Assembly: GCF_964204645.1 (NCBI RefSeq)
Contig: NC_134031.1
Location: 1,798,001-1,862,000 of the forward strand
Reading direction: 5' to 3'
Source of the DNA: Tubulanus polymorphus
Lineage: Eukaryota; Animalia; Nemertea
Length of the DNA stretch: 64,000 nucleotides
In this document: positions 53,439 through 64,000 of the stretch, one piece after another
Position numbering within the stretch: the stretch's first letter is position 1
How the letters are laid out: each line of letters starts with the position of its first letter
Translations under genes and position numbers: made by a program
Notes under the pieces: model-generated
Seen by the model: the letters and a program-made list of their open reading frames with translations, nothing else
Database searches by the model: none
Told to the model about the DNA's origin: nothing

Positions 53439-55939
53439 ATGCACAAAAACAAGCAAGAAGTGTTTATTATGGTGGTTGCCTTTTGTACACTATTGTTTCA
53501 TAGTTCCCTTGCAGACGATCAGGTAATATCCGCGTCCTCTCCCAGACGTACCCTTCATTTTATTCACGATCTAAATAATTCATCCGATTTATCCATCCCA
53601 TCAAAACATATGAAGCGTCACTGTCGAAGCACTTACTGTATTGAACTAGAAAATTATGAAATGTGCCATAAAAACATAGAATTAAGATTGATAATTCACA
53701 GGCTACATCCATTACTGAAATAACAGGGATCCAGTTCCACAGTTTTGCAGAACCTTTATGGTTATGCTTAAGACCATAAAAATGAAATAATATTTTACTC
53801 GAATTTCGAAGTGGGCATTAGACATATTGTTTGATGCGGTGAAAGAACTCCAGCACCCGAGGAGGGCCATTCAAATGTCCACCATTAAGGCCAGGCTTAG
53901 ACTTTTAAACGATATAATTCTTACTTTTATTTTGAACTGGGCCCAGCCAGGACATTTTTGACCGCGGTGACAACAAATCCCAACAAATCCCAGCACCCAG
54001 TTAAAGGGTCTGCCCTACTTGAAGACTAAGGCCTCGTCCTTGGGGTCCAGATGAACTCTATAACAACTGATCACATGAAATAGATATTCTATTTATGGAA
54101 CTGACTCGCGAGGAGAGAGAGAGAGGCAGAGATGGGCACTCAGGAAATGACTACGTGATGGAAACTTCTCGTATTCCACGTTTATAGGATTTAGTGATTT
54201 GTCGAGTGACGTCACCAGGATAAAATTCATCCGAATTAATCAAAGCTACAACAATCAACTGATATTATCAATATAAACCATCTGAAGACAACGTATTCGC
54301 GTCAGAACCAACGGACAACAAACTCTTACTCGTGGAAATGACGCAAGCTCCCCCGCCCCCATATTCACTCTAAAACTTGCTCCACAGTAGACTTCGAAAA
54401 TTCACGAGTTTAGATATCGTCATCAGAGGTCGATCCAGGGCGTATCCGCGCATGGGCTTCCGGACATCTCCTAGGATTCCCTTAAGAATTTCATCCCAAA
54501 ATATTCTGGACTGAATATTCGATAAAGAAAATGGATGTGATGGGATTTTTTAAAAGAACGGATTCAAAAAGGGTGTCCGCTGTCTGTTTTACCGTTCTAG
54601 CAGTTCTAGAAAATCATTGCGTTGAGCAACGAAATCGCGGTGAACCTTGAAAAAAACTCAAATTCTTAAAGTGTGTACATGCGCTGTTTCTTTCCGTGGA
54701 CCCTGGATCCACCTGGCGGGTAAATATACATAAAAACCACACGTCACTGAATAAGAACGGGTTTTCTGCTTTCTGTTTTTGATGAAACAAAGTACCGTGA
54801 GTTGAGATTTTGATTAAGCCTCGCTAAACAATCAATGGTTTAGGTTCAAATAATGCATTTTGATGAAGTCCGATACGAGCAGATGATGGAACGATTGATA
54901 TCACAGGGCCATCACGTGCTATGCGTAGTATGGCGTGGTAGAAATATGGATATGTGTTCGCTGGATGACTCCGTTCGGAAATCCTTTTCCTATTCAATAA
55001 AAACACATTTATCAAACAACGCATAATTTCGGCTTCATTATCCGCGATCAGCTCGATACAGAAGAGATGAGACCCGATCACTCCCCGGCCTCCACTCCAC
55101 GATATACAATCGCGCGCTGAGATCCGAGTATAAATCTTTTGACCCGCGGGCTAGGCTATTTAATCACCATCTTATACGTCGATTAGTGACAAGTCCGCGC
55201 CGGAGATGGCTACAATTTTAGCCGGCTTGTTTAGATTACTTGCGCGTCTAATCCACTTACGCAGAATGATAATCGAATCACTATAGTGTTCGCCGTTCTG
55301 ACAAACACTGAAGCCAATCTATACGTATAATGTGTACACATTGACAAACAAACAAACAAACTGCGTGACTCATCAATGTGACGACAATTTGACTTTGAAT
55401 TCAATAACAGTTTACTTAAAAACCCAGTTCCCCAGTCGTGAGGGTTTTATTTGACCCAAAAAAATCCAATTCCACGCTATGGGTTTGATTTGACTTCGGA
55501 TCCAATTCCACATGGTTTTAATCTGTCTATGATTACAGTTCAACACGTGGTAGGATGTGGGAGTTAAAATTCCATTGTACATTGCGTTGAGATGTTCATT
55601 AGTTTATTATCTCAATAATATCGCCGCCACGCTAGAGATATTTACCAACTCAATCGGTTCCTCTTTCAGTTCCTATGCTGTATGCGAGGTTGGAAAAGCA
55701 TCAAGGGAATAAAAGTTTGTGACGCACCTTGCTGTCCCGGATACGTTCAAAAAGTGTCGCACTCACCGCAGTTGTCACCACTAGTTTACTGCGATAAGAT
55801 GAAGGTATCCGCAGCCGTCGATACTAACAGGGTATTCATTTCTTTATTGGAAATCCTTCAAAAAAATTTTCTATCAAATTTTGTTTTCCAGAAAATCAAG
55901 AACACCAAGTGGAATGAAATCCTCAGAGGTAGAAATTAG
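53439..55939 (+). CDS. Secreted cysteine-rich cationic peptide precursor, 88 aa, 3 coding exons
   Basis: Exons 53439-53522 (acceptor before 53406), 55670-55804 and 55892-55939; both introns GT-AG, phase 0; AATAAA at 56091. Product MHKNKQEVFIMVVAFCTLLFHSSLA-DDQFLCCMRGWKSIKGIKVCDAPCCPGYVQKVSHSPQLSPLVYCDKMKKIKNTKWNEILRGRN. Confidence 0.8.
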
Positions 55940-56740
55940 CCTCTCTTCGATTACTGCACAAACGCCGGAGACTGAACTTTGTAATTTTCTTGCGTGAGAA
56001 AAACGGATTGAAATAACTCTAAATTGAACCAAAATTCAACTTTGGAATTTATACTAAATCCTATACATGTACGTCAAAGCAGTCTTGAGAAATAAAATTT
56101 CATTTACGATTGATAATTTTGTTTTTTTGCAAATTTGAATTTTCCCGCGCATTTTTTGTTACGAGGTTATCGGGTTTTGCCAAGCTGACGCGTTTCCATG
56201 AACGCAGCATTGACGATGTATGGATGTTTGTATGTTGTATGTGTCTAGTGCATCTTCTGTTTTTGTCCGATATTCACGCACCGACCCGATAATTAAGGTA
56301 AGGGTAAAATCAACATATTGTCGTAATGTTAGTTCAAGATGTGAAGACAACTCTAGTCCATCGGTAAACTTGGTATTCAAACCTTATTGACAATTGTTGG
56401 TCTGTGGGGTAGGCTATACACACGTATAGTCTAGTACCTAGCCGTCGTTCTTCAAACAACGGCTAGGGAAGATTGGTTGTAGGGAACTGGTAACAACGAC
56501 TGACACGTATTACGGCGGGCGGTAGTTAACTGTGTCTGATAAGCTGTGTGACTATTGTGATTGTAGAGGGCAACTTGGCGTGGATGTGCCCAGTAGTCTG
56601 CCTCGTGGCCCCATCGCGCTGATCGAAAGGCCGACCCATTAAGTAGTCGGGTTGATATCGTGTCGCGTAATATCTAAGAAGATATATTTTGTATTTATAT
56701 GCGACTTATTCACTGCTTAAAATTGTCAGTATTGTGTATC

Positions 56741-56750
56741 TATATATAAA
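56741..56750 (+). promoter_or_regulatory. TATA box candidate for the TPR-TIR gene
   Basis: TATATATAAA about 310 bp upstream of the ATG. A splice acceptor (tctttttttatag, AG at 57038-57039) lies 21 nt before the ATG, implying a short non-coding first exon. Confidence 0.5.
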
Positions 56751-57060
56751 CCCGAACATCTACTTGCGCCCCATTGTACAAAGCATCCATCTCGAAATTC
56801 ACCAGATCCTTAGAGTGACCGGTTCTCGGCGCTCCGTATATTGCGTGTACTAAGAGCTCCGTGAACCACCAATCCAGTCAGCGGTCGCGATGGCGTTAAG
56901 GTTCTCAGTGAATCATAATATAGTGAATCTGGCTGTACAATATGATAACCTGGTATATGCATTTTGATAAAAATACATTGATTTCAAGTTTATGGCTGAC
57001 AGATTAAGTTCACATATCTTCGTCATATCTTTTTTATAGATTTGATAGAACGGCACTAAT

Positions 57061-59670
57061 ATGGCAGCGTTAAAAAAACTACAGACGCCAATTGAGGAAA
57101 GATTAACCGCCGAAATTCAAAAGCTTCCGACGCATTATAAAGAATTTAAAGATAACGAATTCAGCTCTGATTATTTTAAATCGAGAATTGAGACCTTGGT
57201 CGACGAGCCCGAATTCGAAAATTTGGAAAACGGAACAAAAGATGACGAATTTAAACTTGTTTTTCGACGTTTTGAAAACCGCAAGAAGACGCTTCTAGCG
57301 CTGTTTTATTCCGTTATCGACGAGGAAGAGAAAGCGATGGAAATACTGGAAGAAATTATATCCAGTGACGCTAATGCTAGTATTGTAGCTATGGTAAACT
57401 TAGCGTGGTTGAAGATCGAAACTGGAGACCCGTCAGAACAAACAGAAGCCGAAGATTTGATAAACAAAGCTAAAGAAATATACACGAACAAAGATGCTAT
57501 TTTATTCAAACTGATTGCTGATGCCGAAATTTGCCATTTCCACGAGCGAGTTGGACCTGACCATTACCTAAAGGCTATTGAAGGTTTCAGAGATATCGTA
57601 AAAACGGCTGAAACGATATGTCCTGCTGCAGCACCGTACGATATCATTTGGCGATACGAACTGGCCGATTTGATCAACAGAACGTTTAACAAAAATGTAC
57701 TTTCAGGTCCAATGAAACAGTTGAAACAATCTAACGTTGGTCCGGAGGACTACTTACAAGAAGCGGCCGCATTTTTGAAGCCGGTTGTCGAATCCTCGAG
57801 TGAATTTGGGTTCATGAGAGCGCGAGGTTGGGTGATGTACGTTTACCTATTCAACCAATACCGCTACATCAAACCGATAGAGGATCGCACTATGCAACTG
57901 GAAGATATCACCCCAAACGGTGAGAATCTTTGCCAATGTTTAAAAATGGTGGTAGAATTTGGGATAAATGATTATTATTCAATGGAGAGACTCGGCAGGT
58001 TTTATCGCACTGTTGAAATTGATTTGGATGAGGCTGAAAAATATTTGAAGGAAGCAGCAGAACTGAGGCCCACTCCCTACTGTTACAACCAGATAGCTTT
58101 GGCCATTCGAGATAAACTGAATAAAGAGGAAGCCGTTCCTGAGTTGGAAGTAACTGACCGTAAAAATGGTGAGCCGGTCGACGAACAAAAATTATGCGAG
58201 AAAATGCGAGATTTGATGACAGACTCTCCAACTACGCGTGTCCCGGAAACACTAGACGTAACCCGTCAACCACAACCTGAGACATCTGGTGAAGTTTTAT
58301 CGCCGACAACTCCGGGTATAAAACCATCGCTGAAACGCACCAGTTCTACGGTAAAGCACAGTGTCCGTGCAAAATACTTTCAAATATTGCGCTATTCTTC
58401 GTGGCAGGTCGAACGCGTACGAGAAATAGTGGAAAACTTTCGAAAAGCTACCAAAATGACGCAAGGTACATCGCCGTATTTCCAGTGCGAATATTTCCGA
58501 TGGCAGATATCACTGGCTCTGACCGAGGGAACTACTTTAATGTCACAAAAGAAGTTATTTCGCGAATTGAAGAAGATGACAAATCAAAGCAAAGATATGA
58601 TGCCAAGAAATGCCGCTTACATTTACGAGACACTTGGGCAGTTTATGAAGTTTAAGGATAATAAGGAAGAAGCAAAGTTTTGGTATCGCGAAGCCATATC
58701 AACGCGAATGTCGTACAGAGAATCGCCCGGTCTATCTTTCGTCGATCTACGTCAGCTGATCAACAACGACACCGAACAGTCGAAAAAGAACAAAAACCTC
58801 GCTGATCTTTTCGAAATCGTCGGCGATTATCCTGGTGCTATTGGCTTCTTACAAGAAGAATTACTGAGAGACGATTTGGAACCTACAGACGAAACGGCGC
58901 TGTTGCTTTCGATGGCTAAGAATTACGCGAACATGGGTGCGTTTTCAGAAGCAGAATTGTTATTCCATATCTATATGCAACGTTTTCGAGACGAGAAAAC
59001 CATCCCAGCAGACGTCAGATCTTTGTATCTCGATATTAGATTTGGAGTAATGAAGCATATTGCGCAATTGTGTCGTCAGGATACTGAACCTACCGAGAAT
59101 GACACTGAAGAATTACCAGAGCCAAGCTATTTCTATCGACAAATACTGCAGGACGTACTCTTACGAGCGCCATCTGCCAGACGTCGTGCGTACGATTTTT
59201 ACATCGTCGTACCCGAAGAACTGGCAGACGAGAATTCCGAATTAGAAAAGCGTGCCTATGAGCTGTACGAGACGATAGTTTCGTTCGGCATTCCAAGCAA
59301 TCGATGTTGTTTCCCGCGAAAAACGTTGACGATACCCGGTTCACAACATGCGAAACAAGACGCGTATGTTTATATCATTCCGATGGCTTTCGTAAAAATA
59401 GAAGTCGCATGGCGTCTGGCCATCGATATGATTAAAACTCATATACAAGAGAACGATGACTACCGTTCGATTCTACTCGTTCGTTACGAAGACGAATGTC
59501 CGCTAGATGTCGCTCCTGTCGATCGTCCCGACGAGGTAGCCGACATATATACGTTTTTGAAATCGTGTCCAGTCGTTTTCGAATGGCACAAACACGACCA
59601 ACAGGAACTGAATGAAAACTTCATACGCGCCATAATCGATACAAAGTACTGGACCAAACCTGACAAATAA
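57061..59670 (+). CDS. IFIT/TTC22-like TPR protein with C-terminal TIR-like domain (869 aa, single coding exon)
   Basis: Uninterrupted ORF, AATAAA at 59731. TPR helices resemble IFIT motifs: '[28 protein letters not shown]', 'RLGRFYR....[26 protein letters not shown]'. The last ~160 aa begin 'AYDFYIV' and follow the TIR beta/alpha order. Confidence 0.8.
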   Translation: [869 protein letters not shown]

Positions 59671-61066
59671 TGACATATATATTTATTCGCATTGACTTTT
59701 TATGAAATTTCGAAATATTGTTGTATCGAAAATAAAATGCAATTTTTTCATTCTTTATGTATTTGATATAATAGTATATTACATAATGGATTCAAAAAGA
59801 ACGCGACCATTTAATGGTGTTATAATAGATTTATTCCAACAACGATGTATGCATATATATTAATAAATAAGATTATCATTTTCATCGTTTATTTAGTATA
59901 TGTCTAAATGGCTGAATTCTGGGGGTGTAAAATTAACTCGTTATTTGACGGGTAAAGTTACACAGAAGACCTGTGTGTCGACGAAAATCACAAAACATCG
60001 CAGAGCAAAGAGAAAAACATTCTATACACCGTTCCCACGGTCTCGAAAAAAAAAACGAAAGAATTTTGTTTCAGAAAGACTTTCAATTTTCGTTATATTT
60101 TTTCTTTGACAATAATATTCAATCAGAGATGGTTCCAATGCCTATAATAGTCAAGGGGATCCGGGCTTAGTATACAAATATATTGTACAGGTAATTGGTG
60201 ACATTTTACATTTTGAACGTGCATTTATTTGGTAAATTTCCCTGTGTCCATGTACCTGTTCCACCCATAAATAAGACTTCAGGTCTACGACACCATTTCA
60301 CCCATTACATGTACATTTCAAAGGCAAAGTCACATGTATTTATCTTAGATCTGAACTGGTTTAAATTCAACGAGACTTAAATTTTGCATAAAGTCTTATG
60401 TATCAAAGGTCGGGCGGATACCGAACAACAAATAACACCTCGACCCAACACACTAAAAGGGCTTGATGAGCGCTGCGCATGAAAATCATACATGCAATTA
60501 TTTTATCGTGTGCTGCGATGTATACTGTATTCTGACTGAGAGACTCGATTGAGAAAAGCGATTTGTGAGAATAAAGATGTGGTATTCACTAGGAAAACAA
60601 GCTTCTGTACGGGCTCTTACAGTAATGTAAACACTGCGTATCTGCGCCATATTTGGCAGATGGTTCTGCCCCTGACAAACAACAGTGATCGCTCTCTCCT
60701 CTCTCCACTCTCACTCACTTTTCTCTCTCGCTGAGTTTATTTTAAGATACAGCCTTGTATGTGAAATACTGCGGACGCTGGGTTCCTCCTGAGTTAGGTA
60801 AACTCAACGTGCGATGATTAATCAGAACATTGATTCTTGAGAATTTGACTCCGTAAGTTTCGGTGCGTACAGAACTTTCTGTTAATTACAGTCGCATCGG
60901 AATTCAAAAGCACAACCCGAAAACTACTCGGATACTTTTCAGTCGATTTTGGGTCGGTTTCTCTAACAATCGGGCGATTGTTTTAAAAAATTCTAACCGG
61001 CTCATTTTCGCATGGGAATACTATAGATGAAGCACGGTAGTTATCAACGACTTACTGCGACGAGGA

Positions 61067-64000
61067 ATGTACGGTTTGAGGAAGGGATTACGCGGGGGTA
61101 GGCGCGCCGGGGCCGGTCGAAAACGTTTGCCCGAGGAACTGAAAAAACAACGTCGCGCCATGCGAAAACAGGTTTGCATCTCGTGGCAGTTGTACGACGA
61201 ATGGGAGAAGAAAAAAGAAATCATCGGAATCAATAAAGATAAGGAGTTTTTACACTACATTCTGCGACAAGCCAGGTAAAAAACTGTTTTCATAATATGT
61301 TTTATTACACACGAAATTTTCTTAAACTTCTGCGGGGACAATTTCACGGTCATTGTGCGTCGTGGCCACCAGGGAAAATTGTCGTGGGAACTCTGTTGGT
61401 CCTTATCTATAAACGGTCATATGCTTATCTAAATTGAAGAAGAATAAATCGAAATTTTGTAGAGAAATGTTTATCAGAAAAATGGTGGCCCTTTTCATAG
61501 TAATTCTACAAATGCACACATGCCTTAGAATGTTCTTAGAATTTTTTTTTATACGAGGAAAATATGAATTGCTCATAACTATCTCAGTATTTAGTGCGCA
61601 TAACTCTCAGTAAGGTATATAAGTATAAGGTATGGTATACGCAGATAGCGAGCTGGCGGGAGGAAAAATTTTGTTCATAACTTTTCCAAAAATAGATCGG
61701 ATATTTCTTTGTCCTGTTGCAGCAGCAGCAGCAGCAGTGCGCGCACGTGCTGATGCGCGTTGCCAGATGTTCTCCTGGCAACAGTTACTGCGCACTGTTG
61801 CTCTGTTATCAATTATTGGCCTCGTTCCCGCCAGACGAGCACCTTTTAAGGAAGTGATCACTTAGAACGCTTGCTGCGCTGAGCGATTTGTCAATGAGAT
61901 CTTCCTACTTTTCGGACAGAAACTTGTAACAAGTTCCCACAAGACCTAAATTTCACTATATGTATATATTGAAAAAGGTTTTGCTTTTTTCGATGACTAC
62001 AATCGCGTCTATTTCATAAATTACGCTGGAATTCACAGCATCGTCCAAAAAAATAGTGGCAAAAATAAAGACAACTTCGAATGTATATAATATACCACAA
62101 TTATTGAAAATCTCCTAAAACTGGACTCGATCCTCCCTTCAATTCATGTATATACCTTTTTAATGAATAGATAGATAGTGACTAACTCATTATTCGACCT
62201 TTGGACGTTTGAATAATAATCATCAGACTCTGATCTGATGAAACTCGTGGCGCGTGGGATGTATATATTCAGTATCGCATAACACAGTTCCTTATGGAGC
62301 AGCGCCGTGTAAAACTAAGAATAAGTTTTACGGCTGCTGCTGCTGTTGCTGCTGCTGGAGCTGATGATGATGTTGATGATGATGATGATGCTACGGTTGT
62401 GTGTAATACCTTGCCCGGTATCTCTCCACATTCAGGCAATCAAACGGCGTATCGGGTTTCACCGAGCCGCCAACAGTTCTGCGCACTGCCAGAGCTCCAT
62501 AATCGACCATAACATAACATACCTGTAAAACTGAATCATAGAATAGTTAGCTTTCTTCTATCTCTCAACTCAAGCGCATAAAACTGATTCTGATTATTCT
62601 AAATTTAGATATTCAAAGAATTCGTACTCTAAGATCGCATCATCGTTCACTGTGGTGAAGACGTCTATATATCTTTATTTATCTTAGATCTGAGCCGGTT
62701 TCAATTCAACAAGGCTTAAATTGGCATACAGCCTAGTCTTAGCTTAAGTCTAGTACTCATAATATTAGAATCGGTGTCTTAGAATAAGAAGAAATGCCGT
62801 CTCTTATTCTTTAAGTCTTACAAACTACGTCGCTGTCAAATTTGATACTGAAACATTTTCTTTTCAATCAATTTTTCCAGGCCTCCAGATGAAGACCACA
62901 AAGAAAGCCCGTTCGCTAATTCGAAATCCTTGTCGGAATTTTTCAACGGACTACGTCACGACAACATGCTGTGTGACGTCATTCTGCGCGTGCAGAATCG
63001 CGAAGGTCGTCTGATGTTTTTCCACGCGCACAAACTAGTACTGCTCAATTCGAGTAAATATTTCAAATCGCTGACGAAAGACGAACTGCAGAAAAAATGC
63101 GAGTTTTTTCTCGAGGACGTCAGCCCGGACGGTATACGCCTGCTTCTCGATTACATGTACGGACTGCGCCTGGACCACAACGAGCACCTCGCGCACGTTG
63201 AAGACGTCATAAACGCGGCGGAAGTTCTACAAGTCGAGCAATATCTGAAACATTATAAGGCGTTGAAAAAACTATGGAAAGTTTCGAACGTCGATCGCGC
63301 GATTCTACCACGGGTCGGTAGTAATGATTTCAATTTCCGCGCATTGGATAACGGGCATCATCACGTGATCGGCGCTGCCACCGCCGGTCTGCCTCAAGTA
63401 AAAGTCGAACCGATTACCAAAGATGACGACGTAATTTGCATAGACGAATTAACACGTCAATCAAAACTCGAATCGAGTCAGCCGAACACGCCCATTAACG
63501 CGATACACTCGAATCACCCACCGAGGTTATCGTTGAATACGAACATGGCCGTGTTTCCCAGTCCGCAGCCGGTAATGGCGGGTGAGTTACCAGCCGGGAC
63601 TCTGGGAATGCCGCTGACACCTATCACCCCTAGTGTAGACGGTATCCCGCAACAGGTCAGACCGGTCAATATGCAACAAGTTATATTCATGGTTAACGGT
63701 CAGCCAGTACCGGCCATGATGTTACCGACGAGTCCGAATATAACCCCGACTACTCCGCAATCGGCCCCGGCAATAATGGGACTGACTCCACCGCTGTTCC
63801 CGATACAGGACATTAATCGACAATCAACATCCCCGAGAATGGAACCGAATTTACGACCGAAATTACAACCGAGTCCGCTGTCGAAAACCGAACCGAACTC
63901 CACCGGTCTGCTGGATTTGTCCAAGTCGCCGGAAGACTTCAATTCGCAAACCAGACCGAAACCCGATCACCGTTGCGTCAGATGCAACCAGTCTTTCGCG
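61067..64000 (+). CDS. BTB/POZ + C2H2 zinc-finger transcription factor (ZBTB-like), truncated by the window end
   Basis: Exon 61067-61275 (phase 2) joins an exon starting at 62881: 'FNGLRHDNMLCDVILRV....FFHAHKLVLLNSSKYFKS...LEDVSPDGIRLLLDYMYG' (BTB), a Pro-rich linker, then 'KPDHRCVRCNQSFA' (first finger) at the edge. Confidence 0.88.

Noticed and set aside
61584-62528. Short poly-Ala/Asp/Met ORFs
   Set aside because: Trinucleotide microsatellites inside the ZBTB-like intron.

Overview
AT-rich, intron-dense eukaryotic (metazoan, probably spiralian or other marine invertebrate; inferred) genomic DNA. About 0.7-15.5 kb is a repeat-rich zone with diverged and inverted satellite-like units, MITEs, LINE remnants and a tandemly amplified exon-intron unit from a degenerate minus-strand gene. 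A compact housekeeping cluster follows: DDI1/2 (minus, UBL-RVP-UBA), CEP104 (minus), a PLEKHM1-type RUN + Rubicon-homology gene (plus, head-to-head with CEP104) and SZRD1 (plus). From 53 to 60 kb there is a candidate innate-immune pair. One is a three-coding-exon gene, not assembled by the ORF track, for an 88-aa secreted, cationic, six-cysteine peptide. The other is an 869-aa single-exon protein with an IFIT/TTC22-like TPR body fused to a C-terminal TIR-like domain. A BTB-zinc-finger gene with an unusual N-terminal module runs off the right edge. Gene models were built by hand from splice signals and reading-frame phase. Homology calls rest on recalled family motifs, not database searches.
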